63,851 nucleotides of DNA, filler included, from an uncultured Methanosarcinales archaeon (GCA_964434475.1; 6 parts of 6 records of this genome joined end to end with filler, not necessarily neighbours in it); one strand, 5' to 3'; counted from the whole stretch's first letter, positions 17,384-28,986 are shown. Program-made: numbers and translations. Notes: a model not told the origin generated them from the sequence alone.

Positions 17384-18571
17384 ATGTCCAAGTTATTTGA
17401 TAGGTTACAATCACAGAGCGAGTTTAAGCATAAGGTGTTGGACAAAGCTTTGTCAAGTTTTGTCTTTAGCTTGTCAAGAGGAAATTATCACACAGTGTTT
17501 GTGGATACCCACGCAGGAGCTGGAATTTATGGAGGAGAGCCTGGAGGAAGTCCAGTCATTGCCATGCATCATACTTGGGGTTTGATAAACAATGGTGCTC
17601 CTTATAATCCTATGTTTAGCTTATTCTGTGAAAAAGAGCAAGGTATTGCTAAACAGCTGAAAGAAATGCTTGAAGGGGAATATCCTGATTATTCTAGGCA
17701 TTATAGAGTATTAAACTGTGATTCTAATGATTTGGCTGCGAAGATTGTTGAAAAGTATAAGGATAGAGCTGCATTCTATTTTATCAATCCTTTGGGAATA
17801 GTATATAAGAATATTATTGAAAACATAAATGAAAAACACCAAGCTCCTATTGAAATCCTTGCGAGGTTTAGTCCTAAAGAATATCTTAGGCATGCTGGAA
17901 GATGTGTACATAAGATAGGCGAGAAAGAAAGATGGAGCAATGCTGTGAACACTTTTATTCAGCAGTTGAAAGAAGACAAGATTTATGGCGGAAATGTCAT
18001 GTATACAATATTGAGCGATTATTTTGGCTTAGGGTTAGGGTCTGATATTCATGTAAATAACCCTTTGCCTGATTCGGTTTTAGAAGAGGTTGAAGATGAA
18101 CTAAGAAAATATTTTCTCTCAAATTTTATAGAGCATCCTATTAGAGGAGCCTTTAACATGAGTCTTCCTGTTATGAGAGAAGGAAAGCTTGACTATAATC
18201 TTTATTTTCACTGCACTCATTATAAGCCTGTGAAACTGATGAATGACAAACTGTATGATCTGCTTCTTGAAGATTATAAGCTGCATAGTAATTCTCATTT
18301 TAAGATGCTTAAACAATTTGATGATGACGAAAAATTGTATGGAAAAAGGGTGCAAGAAAAGCTAAAGCCAAAAATAAAGGAATTGCTTCAAGGCAAAAGA
18401 AATATGGTTGTTGATGATTTAATCTTTCAGCTGATAAAAAAATATACCTTCAAGATAAAAACAAAACATGTAAGAACTGCTTTAAGGCAGCTGCAGAAAG
18501 AAGATTATCTTAGTATACCTGGCGGAAAGTTCAATGCAAAGACAGACATTTACCCAGTAAGTTTAATATGA
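17384..18571 (+). CDS. TcmP (three-Cys-motif partner)-like methyltransferase-fold protein
   Basis: SEFKH, FVDTHAGAG, GSPVIA, FYFINPLG; C-terminal wHTH-like region. Confidence 0.65.
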   Translation: MSKLFDRLQSQSEFKHKVLDKALSSFVFSLSRGNYHTVFVDTHAGAGIYGGEPGGSPVIAMHHTWGLINNGAPYNPMFSLFCEKEQGIAKQLKEMLEGEYPDYSRHYRVLNCDSNDLAAKIVEKYKDRAAFYFINPLGIVYKNIIENINEKHQAPIEILARFSPKEYLRHAGRCVHKIGEKERWSNAVNTFIQQLKEDKIYGGNVMYTILSDYFGLGLGSDIHVNNPLPDSVLEEVEDELRKYFLSNFIEHPIRGAFNMSLPVMREGKLDYNLYFHCTHYKPVKLMNDKLYDLLLEDYKLHSNSHFKMLKQFDDDEKLYGKRVQEKLKPKIKELLQGKRNMVVDDLIFQLIKKYTFKIKTKHVRTALRQLQKEDYLSIPGGKFNAKTDIYPVSLI

Positions 18572-19753
18572 TTGATGTAGAATTTCTTTACTGTATTTTT
18601 CTTTACACTTAAAATATTGCGCAGCTATGTATCCAATAGAAGCAAGTGTCTCTTTTCTAGGTTGTATATTCAAATTTTTTAAGTTAAATCCTTTTGAATA
18701 TGCTAAGAATGGAACCTGTTCTCTATTATGAAAACCATACATCTTTCCTGGCTTGTATTCTTTTTGCTTCATTCCGTGATCAGCAGTGAATATTATTATG
18801 TCTTTGTTGTCCAATCTTTTAATCATCAAAGGAATGGCTTTGTCTATCTGTTCTAAGCATTTTATAACTCCTTTGACATCTCTTTTGTGTCCATATAGGC
18901 TGTCTGTATCAACAAGATTAGCAAAAATAAATGCGTTTTCAGTTGTATTTTCAAGTGTTTTCAGTATGTTTGTTAAATTATAACCATTAGTATCCTTATT
19001 CTTTGGATGTATGTGTTCTAATCCATAGCCTAATTCTTTATCTTTTATGCTGAGATTGAATCCTTTGCCTATAAGATCAGCTGGTTTTCCTATGCTTATC
19101 TTTTTTACATCAAGCACATCCAGTAATGTTTTCCCAGGTAATTCTATAACAAAGTCTTTTCTGTTGGCAGTTCTTGTAAACCCATTTTCATCTCTTATAT
19201 ATGGTCTTGCTATGGTTCTGTTTATTTCAAATATTTTCATCTCTAGAGCAAGCTCAAGTGCATTTTTGCATATAGAATATTGTTCATCTATCTTTATCTT
19301 GTTTTCATCCATTGCGATTTGGATTATAGGATCGCATATACTTGAGTATAATATCGGAGCGCCGGTCTTTATGTGTTCTTTATGATTAAGTTTAATGGCT
19401 TGCATGCCTTCTGCTATCTGGTTAAACATTATTTTTCTGCCTATTTTTTGTTCTAATGCTGTAATGAATTCATCAGGAAAACCATTATGAAATAAGTCAT
19501 ATTTTTTCAAGTCTATTATGCCCACTATCTCTCTGTGGCCTATTACACTGTCTGCATCTTTGGACTCTTGTTCTAATGAAGTAACCACTCTTTTTGGGCC
19601 TATGATACTTAAATTATTGCTCTTAAGAAAATTATTTAATTCAAAGTATTTGTTGAAATTAGGCAGTTCTACTTCTTTTCTGTATTCTTTTAGATATGAT
19701 TCTAGTGTTGGTTTTCCTAGCGCATCTATGACTATTGTGATGAGTCTTGACAT
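18563..19753 (-). CDS. deoB: Phosphopentomutase
   Basis: IVIDALG, DSVIGHRE, TIARPY, RTANRKDF, NLVDTDSLYGHKRD, TADHG. Confidence 0.88.
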   Translation of the reverse strand: MSRLITIVIDALGKPTLESYLKEYRKEVELPNFNKYFELNNFLKSNNLSIIGPKRVVTSLEQESKDADSVIGHREIVGIIDLKKYDLFHNGFPDEFITALEQKIGRKIMFNQIAEGMQAIKLNHKEHIKTGAPILYSSICDPIIQIAMDENKIKIDEQYSICKNALELALEMKIFEINRTIARPYIRDENGFTRTANRKDFVIELPGKTLLDVLDVKKISIGKPADLIGKGFNLSIKDKELGYGLEHIHPKNKDTNGYNLTNILKTLENTTENAFIFANLVDTDSLYGHKRDVKGVIKCLEQIDKAIPLMIKRLDNKDIIIFTADHGMKQKEYKPGKMYGFHNREQVPFLAYSKGFNLKNLNIQPRKETLASIGYIAAQYFKCKEKYSKEILHQSY

Positions 19754-20011
19754 TTTAATAATATTTGCTGTTGCTTTCTTTTAAATATTATTGTTATGGA
19801 GAATAATTGTATGTTGTGTATGTTTTTTTCAGTTAATCTATTATATTAACTTATATTTGTAGCTGCTATGGTTTCTTGCCTATAGGATAAACTTGAACAA
19901 AATGATAGATGTTAAGATAGATTCAGAAATGCATAAAGAATACAGAAAGGCAACACCTGAAGAATGCTATTCGATAGATAATCTTATATGTGGTTTTCAT
20001 GATCTGCTTGA

Positions 20012-21112
<1,101 letters not shown>

Positions 21113-21122
21113 ATGAAGGGCT

Positions 21123-21782
21123 ATGAAAAGAAAAGATATTGTTTTAGCTGGTGTATTTGTTTTTCTTATATTTTTTATAGTTATACTTTCTAATTTTAAA
21201 CTGCTTTTCTTTGACACTGATTTTTATTTTGATGAATTCGAAAAAAATCAAGTTTATGAAACATTTAACACACATCATTATGAGTTAGCGAAAACATTGG
21301 ACCAATTGGGCAATTATCTCGCTTTTTATCAAGGCGATGATGCTCTTTATTTGACCATAAATAACAATTATGTGCTTACTCCTTTAGAGCAGGAGCATAT
21401 GAAAGATGTGAGAGATCTTGTGCAAAAATCATTTTTTGTGTTGAGATTAAGCATGATTATGTTTTTAGTGATGCTTCTGATAAATGTAGATAAGATAAAG
21501 AAGAATAATAAATTATTGAAGTCTGTATTCAGCTATTCAGGTATAGTTTTGACAGGATTTTGTTTGATTTTGCTGCTGATGTCTTTTTTTAGTTTTGATA
21601 TCTTATTCAGTATATTCCATAATATCTTTTTTTCAGGCAATTGGATGTTTCCAAGTTCAAGTGCTTTAGTTATGCTTTTTCCTGCGAGATTCTTTTTTGA
21701 TGCAGGCTTTGTAATATTGACAAGAAGCTTTTTATCCGGCATAGGCTTTATTTTGATTGGTCATATTATGCCGGGGAGGTAA
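21123..21782 (+). CDS. DUF1461/TIGR01906 family membrane protein
   Basis: EHMKDV, FHNIFF and W..P...L..LFP motifs. Confidence 0.8.
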   Translation: MKRKDIVLAGVFVFLIFFIVILSNFKLLFFDTDFYFDEFEKNQVYETFNTHHYELAKTLDQLGNYLAFYQGDDALYLTINNNYVLTPLEQEHMKDVRDLVQKSFFVLRLSMIMFLVMLLINVDKIKKNNKLLKSVFSYSGIVLTGFCLILLLMSFFSFDILFSIFHNIFFSGNWMFPSSSALVMLFPARFFFDAGFVILTRSFLSGIGFILIGHIMPGR

Positions 21783-21786
21783 AAAA

Positions 21787-22458
21787 ATGCAGACACCAAT
21801 AATAATCGTAAATTTCAAGACATATGATTCAGCTTACGGCAAAAGAGCTATAGAGCTTGCAAAATTATGTGAGAAGGTTGCAAAAACCACAGGCAGTCAT
21901 GTTGCTGTTGCAGTATCTGCTGTTGATCTTTGTACTGTTGCAGAGGAAGTAAACATACCTGTATTGGCTCAGCATATAGATGATATTGAGTTTGGGAGTC
22001 ATACAGGCTACATAGTTGCAGAGGATGTAAAAGAAGCAGGTGCTGCAGGTACTTTACTTAATCATTCAGAGCATAGGCTAAGGATGGATGTATTGGAAAA
22101 GAGCATAAAGCGCGCTAAAGAGAATAATCTTATCACTATTGTTTGTGCAAAGGATGCTGTTGAAGCAAAAGCTGTAGCGGTTTTTGAGCCAGATTTTATT
22201 GCAATAGAGCCGCCTGAACTTATAGGGGGAGATGTTTCAGTAAGCAAAGAGGATCCTGAGATAATATCTGATACAGTAGAAAATGTTAAATTCGTGAATC
22301 CTAACATTCCTGTGCTAGTTGGTGCAGGAATAAAGACAACAGAAGATGTGAATAAAGCTATAGAATTAGGAGCAAAAGGTATTTTAGTAGCAAGCGGAAT
22401 AACTAAGTCAGAAGAGCCGGACAGGGCATTATTGATGATGATTAAAGGGATGGAGTGA
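21787..22458 (+). CDS. tpiA: Triosephosphate isomerase, archaeal type
   Basis: VNFKTY, LNHSEH, IEPPELIG, GAGI, LVASG. Confidence 0.95.
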   Translation: MQTPIIIVNFKTYDSAYGKRAIELAKLCEKVAKTTGSHVAVAVSAVDLCTVAEEVNIPVLAQHIDDIEFGSHTGYIVAEDVKEAGAAGTLLNHSEHRLRMDVLEKSIKRAKENNLITIVCAKDAVEAKAVAVFEPDFIAIEPPELIGGDVSVSKEDPEIISDTVENVKFVNPNIPVLVGAGIKTTEDVNKAIELGAKGILVASGITKSEEPDRALLMMIKGME

Positions 22459-22976
22459 TTTATATGAAGATACTTATGGTTATAGCAAAACAAGGTTTTA
22501 AAGATCAGGAATTTCAGAAGCCGTATGAGATATTTCAAAAAAATGATGTTCTTGTCGATATCGCAAGCACTTCAGAAGGTGAATGTAAAGGAGCAGACGG
22601 CAGTAAAGTTGATGCAAATTTGGCTTTTAGTGATGTTAACATTGTAGACTATTCTTGTATTGTTGTAATAGGCGGACCAGGTTCTCCAGCATTGGTTAGC
22701 TTGTCTGAATTAGAACGTTTATTGCATAAGGCTCAAGAAAATGATATAGTCATTGCTTCGATCTGCTATGCAGGAGTTGTGCTTGCAAAAGCTGGCGTGT
22801 TGAAAGGCAAGAAAGCGACAGTTTGGAATGGCGATGGAAACCAAAGCCCTATTCTAGAGCAAAATGATGCAGAATATGTTGGTGAAAGCGTTGTAGTGGA
22901 CGGCAAAGTTATTACAGCAAACGGACCAAGTGCAGCAGAGGAGTTTGGCGATAAGATTATTGAAATTATTGGATAA
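22455..22976 (+). CDS. DJ-1/PfpI family protein
   Basis: GFKDQE, GGPG, ASIC, ITANGP. Confidence 0.9.
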   Translation: MIYMKILMVIAKQGFKDQEFQKPYEIFQKNDVLVDIASTSEGECKGADGSKVDANLAFSDVNIVDYSCIVVIGGPGSPALVSLSELERLLHKAQENDIVIASICYAGVVLAKAGVLKGKKATVWNGDGNQSPILEQNDAEYVGESVVVDGKVITANGPSAAEEFGDKIIEIIG

Positions 22977-22996
22977 TATTTCCTTATCTTTGGATG

Positions 22997-23573
22997 CTAT
23001 TTCTTATACTCTATTATTTCTTCATTAAAGTCATTTTCCTGCATTTCTTTAAGATGCCTGATCATTTTATCGTATTCTGGAAGGTTTCCTATCTCATCAT
23101 TCAATCTTTTCATCTCATCTATTCCTTTGACAACTCTTCTTTTATCTTCTGCTCTTATAGCTTCCTCTACATCTCTTGAGATTTCCTCTATCTTTCTCTC
23201 TATATCCTTCCTTTGTATCTCTTCTTCCTTTTGTATCACTTTTTGCTCAAACAATTCTTTTTCTTCCTTTTGCTTGTTCACTTCTGACATCTGTATAAAG
23301 ATAAATAATATTATGAATATTGTAATTCCCCATTTTATCCATCTTTTTCCTATCTTCCTTTTTATGGGCTTTGGCTTAAAAAATCCTTTTATGCCTTTCT
23401 CTCTCAATACTTTGTAAACCTTTATTTCTTCAGGTATTCCTTTGAAATGCCTATATCCTACTTTTGCTGTAGGTATCTCGCTTTTGTTCATAGCAAGATA
23501 TACTGATTCTGTAAAATATATGCTCCCAGGATCTGAGATGCCTTCTAATCTTGATGCTATATTAACAGCTTCA
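22997..23573 (-). pseudogene. 3' part of a class III adenylate/guanylate cyclase gene, truncated at a probable IS end
   Basis: The frame upstream of the ATG at 23491 reads EAVNIASRLEGISDPGSIYFTESVY...FKG (cyclase catalytic motif) and then breaks off at GAGAACTTTGCATAATT. Confidence 0.75.
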
Positions 23574-23624
23574 GAGAACTTTGCATAATTGCTGTTTAGC
23601 TTAGCTTTTTAGATTAATTGCACA
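23574..23624. mobile_element. Probable IS terminus at contig end
   Basis: GAGAACTTTGCATAATT matches the reverse complement of 38-54 (GGGAACTTTGCAAAATT) at 15/17 positions and interrupts the cyclase gene. Confidence 0.5.
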
Positions 23625-23724
23625 NNNNNNNNNNNNNNNNNNNNNNNNNNNNNNNNNNNNNNNNNNNNTTAATTAATTAANNNNNNNNNNNNNNNNNNNN
23701 NNNNNNNNNNNNNNNNNNNNNNNN
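23625..23724. other. Artificial contig linker
   Basis: N-run with TTAATTAATTAA. Confidence 0.97.
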
Positions 23725-23778
23725 TGTACTGGAGAATATAGATGCGATGATTTCAAGAATTATTAGCTATGCACATAC
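23725..23778. mobile_element. Repeated element end (probable IS terminus)
   Basis: 54 bp identical to 35299-35352; terminal AGCTATGCACATAC also at 12189-12202; all lie at contig starts. Confidence 0.7.
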
Positions 23779-23820
23779 GTTTCTTATATTGTAACAATAT
23801 ATAAATGTTGGTTACAAAAA

Positions 23821-24318
23821 ATGAAACTAATTAATTTCAAAGAAAATAAGTTTTCAAAAGACATATTTTTAGTACTTACTGCACTAATGGGTTTTATCTT
23901 CATAGTATCCTTTAGCGCATTATATGTCTCAGATGCAATAAAAAACAACAATGCTTGCGGATGTGTTATACCCATACCCTATATGATACTGATGCTTTCC
24001 TCTTTAGGATTGTTCATAGGAAGTTTAGCATTTTACATACTGATATCAAAACATCTTAATGAAAAAAAAGAGATAAGTAAAAACATAGAATTAACATTAA
24101 AGTTTCTTGAAAAAAATGAAAAAAGCATAGTAAGGTCACTTATAAAAAACAAAGAGCCTATACAGCAAAGCAAACTCGAATCTGAAACAGGAATGCATAA
24201 GGTTAAGATCCATAGGACATTAGACAAGCTTATTCAAAAAGGCATAATAGAAAAATTACAGGAAGGTAAGATAAATAAGATAAAACTAAAAGAAGAGCTA
24301 AAAGATATATTCAATTGA
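23821..24318 (+). CDS. Membrane-anchored winged-helix transcriptional regulator
   Basis: Two TM helices with CGC, then IQQSKL...KVKIHRTLDKLIQKGIIEK. Confidence 0.8.
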   Translation: MKLINFKENKFSKDIFLVLTALMGFIFIVSFSALYVSDAIKNNNACGCVIPIPYMILMLSSLGLFIGSLAFYILISKHLNEKKEISKNIELTLKFLEKNEKSIVRSLIKNKEPIQQSKLESETGMHKVKIHRTLDKLIQKGIIEKLQEGKINKIKLKEELKDIFN

Positions 24319-24663
24319 TTAGCTAAAATCCTCTATTGCTTTCATTACAAGCTGGACATACATCAAAGCTGGTCCACCGCCCATCAATGCTGCAATCTTA
24401 CATACATCCATTATCTCCTCTTTCTTTGCGCCTACATCCAATGCATTCTTCACATGAAATGCGATACACCATTTACAGTGCGCTGTGACAGACAAAGCTA
24501 TTGCTATCAACTCTTTCTGCTTCTTGTCCAGACCGTTAGGCTTTTCTGCTGCTTCCATAAAAGCCATAAACCCTTTCATAAATTCAGGCTCTTGTTTACC
24601 TAACTTATCCAAACTTTCATTGACCTCATCCAATAATTTTTTCATATCTTCCATAATCCTCAC
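24319..24663 (-). CDS. Carboxymuconolactone decarboxylase/AhpD family protein
   Basis: KELIAIALS...HCKWCIAFH...MGGGPA. Confidence 0.9.
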   Translation of the reverse strand: MRIMEDMKKLLDEVNESLDKLGKQEPEFMKGFMAFMEAAEKPNGLDKKQKELIAIALSVTAHCKWCIAFHVKNALDVGAKKEEIMDVCKIAALMGGGPALMYVQLVMKAIEDFS

Positions 24664-24751
24664 CTCACATATAAATCAATAAAAATTCCTGTTGTCCCAA
24701 CATAGCTATCAATCCAAAATACATTATCCCCAAAAAAGTATTGCTTACCAT

Positions 24752-25591
24752 TTATTTTACCTCTTCAACTATAAAATCTGCAATCTGATTAAAAATTTCT
24801 TTATATTTTTCATCATATGCAACAATAGGTTTTAGTGCAGTTAAAGCATTTACAAAATTTTTATCATAAGGTATTTTAGCTAAAACATCTTCTTTATAAT
24901 ACCCTGGATTAATATCGTATTTATTCAATATTACGGAATAAGGAATATTGAAATGCTCTACAATAGTCAATACTCTTTTCAAATCAGATATCCCTGAAGG
25001 TGTTGGCTCTGTAACAGCAATAACATAATCGCTTCCAACAATCGAAGCTATCACAGGACAGCCAATACCTGCAGCAGCATCTATTATCATATAATCCGCA
25101 TCTTGTTGTTTTGCCAAATCCTTAACTTTAGCAACAATCTTACCGCTGCCTGACTGCCCTACCTCCAACTGTCCTGTAATTATAGGAAATCCATATTTAG
25201 TTGTTGCTGTACCTATTTTTGCATTTTTTACATCAACAAGTTTTATCGCGTTGAAAGGACAAACCACTGGACATACTCCACAACCCTCGCATCCAAATTC
25301 TTTCAAATAAGGCTTGCCGTCTTTCCATCCTATCGCATCAAAATAACATATGTCTTTGCATTTACCGCATCCTGTACATTTGTCCATATCAAACTTAGCA
25401 ATCTGCTTTACAGATATAGAATGTTCATCCTTAAATTCTTCTATCCCTAAAATTAAAGCAAGATTAGCAGCATCAACATCACAGTCAGCACAAACTACCT
25501 TTTGGGTTTTTGCCAAAGTAACAGCTAATGAAGCAGTTATACTGCTTTTCCCCACTCCTCCTTTGCCTGACAATACAGTTATCTGTTTCAT
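24752..25591 (-). CDS. MinD-superfamily P-loop ATPase with inserted 4Fe-4S ferredoxin domain
   Basis: SGKGGVGKS, DCDVDA, two CxxCxxCxxxC motifs. Confidence 0.92.
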   Translation of the reverse strand: MKQITVLSGKGGVGKSSITASLAVTLAKTQKVVCADCDVDAANLALILGIEEFKDEHSISVKQIAKFDMDKCTGCGKCKDICYFDAIGWKDGKPYLKEFGCEGCGVCPVVCPFNAIKLVDVKNAKIGTATTKYGFPIITGQLEVGQSGSGKIVAKVKDLAKQQDADYMIIDAAAGIGCPVIASIVGSDYVIAVTEPTPSGISDLKRVLTIVEHFNIPYSVILNKYDINPGYYKEDVLAKIPYDKNFVNALTALKPIVAYDEKYKEIFNQIADFIVEEVK

Positions 25592-26400
25592 CTCAAATCC
25601 CTTGCTATCTTAACTATAGATTCATGCTCTATTGGCTTTGCGTTTGCATAAGCATCAACTATATCTTTACTGTAAGGAACTTTTGCTAATATTTCTTTGT
25701 CAAGCGCTTGCTTGACTAGATAATCATCTCCGTCATATCTATTTAGCACAACGTCATACTTTGTTCCTAGTTTGTTCAACAGACCAAGTATTAATTTTAA
25801 ATCGTGCACACCCAAAGGAGTTGGTTCTGTAATAGCCAAAACATAATCACAGTCCACCAATGCACTAATTACATCGCAATGCGTTCCTGCAGCAGTATCT
25901 ATAATAATAAAATCATAAACATCTTCATCTATTTTCTCTTTGACTGCAGAAACAACAAACTCAGAAACAGACTCATTTATCTTTAGTTCGCCTGATAAAA
26001 AATCAATATTATATTTGCTGCCTTTGTATATACTGCCTATGTCTTTTTTTGTCCAGGATATTGCATCAACAGGACATTCTAGAAAGCAGGCACCACAGCC
26101 ATTGCATTGCTGCTCCATAAATATGGGGTTCTGACCTTTGACTGAAACTATCGCATTTTGCCTGCACACCTTGCCACATCTTCCGCACTTTGTACATATA
26201 TCATAATTCCATCCAGGAATCCTTTGTTCAACGTCTGCAAACTTCTGTCTTTCTATACCCAAAAGAAGATGATCATTCGGACAATCAACATCCATATCAA
26301 CAAGCAATACTTTTTTAGTTTTCGCCAACTCAAACGCCAAAGCAGTAGCTATGGTTGATTTGCCCGTTCCGCCTTTTCCGCCAGTTATACCTATCTTCAT
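25588..26400 (-). CDS. MinD-superfamily P-loop ATPase with inserted 4Fe-4S ferredoxin domain
   Basis: GGKGGTGKS, DMDVDCPN, two ferredoxin motifs. Confidence 0.92.
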   Translation of the reverse strand: MKIGITGGKGGTGKSTIATALAFELAKTKKVLLVDMDVDCPNDHLLLGIERQKFADVEQRIPGWNYDICTKCGRCGKVCRQNAIVSVKGQNPIFMEQQCNGCGACFLECPVDAISWTKKDIGSIYKGSKYNIDFLSGELKINESVSEFVVSAVKEKIDEDVYDFIIIDTAAGTHCDVISALVDCDYVLAITEPTPLGVHDLKLILGLLNKLGTKYDVVLNRYDGDDYLVKQALDKEILAKVPYSKDIVDAYANAKPIEHESIVKIARDLR

Positions 26401-27158
26401 TCGGAATTATCGCCTTCTTCTTTTTCAACACCATAACCCTTACCTTCTCCAGGAGAGCATTTACTTTCGCCTTGCTCAAGCTTATCTTTCATGTAATCTT
26501 TAACAACATCATCAACCTTGCCGCTCACGCCAACAACAATCTCAATACCAAAACTTTTGAACATATCAACAGCCATAGGTCCAGCACCTCCTGCTATAAC
26601 AACATCAACACCTTTTTCCTTAAAAAATTCAGGAAGATAACCTTGCTTATGGCCTGGGTTCGCCAGTTCTTGTTTATTTACTATCGTATTATCTTCAATC
26701 TCAAATAATGTAAAGACAGGACATCTGCCAAAATGCGCAGATACTTGATCATTGTCTGCAGCTACCGCTATTGTTTTACTTTTTTTTGCTGTAAGTTTAG
26801 GCATAGTATGTCCTGGAACAGTAACACCTAATGGTTTAAGCTTTTCTGCCCTGAAATTTTCGATAGCATTTTTCACGCTTCCTTCAGCCTGATAAACTTT
26901 CAAGCCAAGCTGGCTTAAAACCCTATATGCGTTAGGCCCAAGATTTCCTGTGATAATCGCATCAGGCTCAAGATCTCCAACAACCTGCCCAGCCTGTATA
27001 CCTGCACCATGACCTTGTAAAGCAGCTTGATTTTCTACAGCTTCAAAGTCTTCTGTTTCTGTATTATAGACAAGGAAATATTTACACCTTCCAAACCTTG
27101 GATCAACATCACTATCAAGCTTATTTTCTGTTGCAGTTATCACTAGTTTCATTTTCAA
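26397..27158 (-). CDS. NifB/NifX-family protein (two tandem domains)
   Basis: RFGRCKYF and HFGRCPVF repeats. Confidence 0.88.
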   Translation of the reverse strand: MKMKLVITATENKLDSDVDPRFGRCKYFLVYNTETEDFEAVENQAALQGHGAGIQAGQVVGDLEPDAIITGNLGPNAYRVLSQLGLKVYQAEGSVKNAIENFRAEKLKPLGVTVPGHTMPKLTAKKSKTIAVAADNDQVSAHFGRCPVFTLFEIEDNTIVNKQELANPGHKQGYLPEFFKEKGVDVVIAGGAGPMAVDMFKSFGIEIVVGVSGKVDDVVKDYMKDKLEQGESKCSPGEGKGYGVEKEEGDNSE

Positions 27159-27445
27159 TGCTCCTCTTCTATATTTTTAACGACATCCTTGTTCAGATTA
27201 TCTTCAAGTTCTTTAGCCATAGCTTTATCGTGTTTTCTTACCCATTCCAAAAGCATAGCCATATGTTCTTTTTCTTCATTAGCATTATGCTGCAATATTT
27301 TTTTAAGCTCTTCGTCTTTTGTAGCATCTACCCTTTCTTCATACCAATTGATGGCTTCTATCTCCTCAATCATGCTTTGCCTTGCTCTTTCAAGATCTTT
27401 AGTCCTTTCACTCAAGTTTTCTCTTCCTTCATGTTCTCCAGTCAT
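27155..27445 (-). CDS. Short ferritin-like protein (encapsulin-cargo type)
   Basis: RARQSMIEEIEAINWY...HNANEEKEH. Confidence 0.88.
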   Translation of the reverse strand: MTGEHEGRENLSERTKDLERARQSMIEEIEAINWYEERVDATKDEELKKILQHNANEEKEHMAMLLEWVRKHDKAMAKELEDNLNKDVVKNIEEEH

Positions 27446-27759
27446 TTTTCATCCTCCAAAAATGTTTTAACAGCATCCTTTACGGTTATATCCTGCACCA
27501 TAATGTATTTGATTTTCTTTTCATCAAGAATTGAAGTCATATTTGGACCAAACTTACCGCCAATAACAACATTAACTTCCTTGTTCGCCAGCATCTGCGC
27601 AACACTTACGCCTGCTCCTCCTCCTCCAACAACAAAGGGGTTCTTTATTGCTTCTATCAATTTGTCGTCTTCAAAAATCAAATAAAATTCAGCTCTGCCG
27701 GTTATAGGGCTCACTAAAGCTTCTTCCTTATCGCTTGAACTAGCTATAGCTATCTTCAT
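27442..27759 (-). CDS. NifB/NifX-family protein
   Basis: MKIAIAS...GRA...NPF..GGGAG...KFGPN. Confidence 0.88.
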   Translation of the reverse strand: MKIAIASSSDKEEALVSPITGRAEFYLIFEDDKLIEAIKNPFVVGGGGAGVSVAQMLANKEVNVVIGGKFGPNMTSILDEKKIKYIMVQDITVKDAVKTFLEDEK

Positions 27760-28262
27760 TCTTCAACCTCCATAAGTTTTTCAACTGTCCATCCCTGAAG
27801 CATGGAAACAAAAACCATCACAATAGTTAATACAACAGCATAAGCCAAGCCAAAATAATATATGAACAAAGGCAGTAATGCAGGCTTTATAGCTCTATTG
27901 TATAGGAAAGTTGCTATCAAACCATTTTTTACCTTATGCTTCTGCAGTTCATTAAGCAAAGGATACCACATATATATCGGACCAGTTGATATTATTCCTG
28001 TTATCGTAGCATAAAAATATCCTAAAATTCCTGAATCCTTGCCTAGATATTTAACTAAAGTATCTGGCTTTGTAAAATAATTGATTACAAACATCAAACA
28101 GAATATGAATAATAATATTGGAATAATCTTTATCAATATATTTTTGAAAAAATATAAGCTTGAAACAACAGCTTCAAAATTAAATATTCCAACAACTGCA
28201 TAAAACAATATAACTATCAAAAAGAAATACAATCCTGTCCTGCTTTGCTCGCTTGTTCTCAT
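27756..28262 (-). CDS. Predicted permease subunit
   Basis: Hydrophobic; GIISTGPIYMWYPLL motif. Confidence 0.8.
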   Translation of the reverse strand: MRTSEQSRTGLYFFLIVILFYAVVGIFNFEAVVSSLYFFKNILIKIIPILLFIFCLMFVINYFTKPDTLVKYLGKDSGILGYFYATITGIISTGPIYMWYPLLNELQKHKVKNGLIATFLYNRAIKPALLPLFIYYFGLAYAVVLTIVMVFVSMLQGWTVEKLMEVEE

Positions 28263-28681
28263 AATATCGCCATTATTCCTACAGTTATTATAGCAGTCAA
28301 TATTGAAAATAAAAATGCTATTATGTTCCGTGTTATTGCAAACTTCTTTCCAAGAAGCACAGATTCTGCAGGCAATTGGACCAATCCTACAGTAACCCAC
28401 GCTACAATAAATGCTGTGACAGCTAATAAAGAAACTCCTTGAGCAAGCATCTCTCCTCCTAAAATGTAACTAGTCACAGGATTTCCTGCTAATATACTGC
28501 CCAAAGAACTGCCTATCAAAGGATCAAATATATTACTTCCAGTAAATAATGTTGTGTATGCCTGCTTGGGAATCAATGTATTCGCCAAGCTAACTAAAAG
28601 TATTACTCCTAATATAATAGGCAATATTTTCCATAAAGGCATTACTGATTTTTTTAGTGCTTGCTTAAATTCTTGATTCAT
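28259..28681 (-). CDS. Predicted permease subunit
   Basis: GSILAGNPVTSY, WVTVGLVQLPAE. Confidence 0.8.
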   Translation of the reverse strand: MNQEFKQALKKSVMPLWKILPIILGVILLVSLANTLIPKQAYTTLFTGSNIFDPLIGSSLGSILAGNPVTSYILGGEMLAQGVSLLAVTAFIVAWVTVGLVQLPAESVLLGKKFAITRNIIAFLFSILTAIITVGIMAIL

Positions 28682-28986
28682 TCTAATTCAGCTAGTCGTT
28701 TCTTTATGTCATCAAGTTCTTCTTTAAGTAATTTTTGTTCTTCCTCTAAAGCTTTTGCGTCTTGTTCAAGATATTGCTTTTCCTGCTCTTTTGTCGGCTG
28801 AATAGGTTGTACAGGCTGCACTGGCTGCATCAGCATCCTTCCGAAACTTCCTCTGAAACCCATACCTCTACCAAAGCCTCTTCTAGAGTTTGCAAATCCA
28901 GGCATATCATAGCCATTACAATATCCTAATCCTCTTCCAGTTCTTGGACCCATTCTGTTTGGGCCAGATGAATCTCCTCTTGGCAT
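28678..28986 (-). CDS. DUF5320 family protein
   Basis: MPRGDxxGP..GPRTGRGLGYC, Gly/Arg-rich segment, C-terminal coiled coil. Confidence 0.85.
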   Translation of the reverse strand: MPRGDSSGPNRMGPRTGRGLGYCNGYDMPGFANSRRGFGRGMGFRGSFGRMLMQPVQPVQPIQPTKEQEKQYLEQDAKALEEEQKLLKEELDDIKKRLAELE

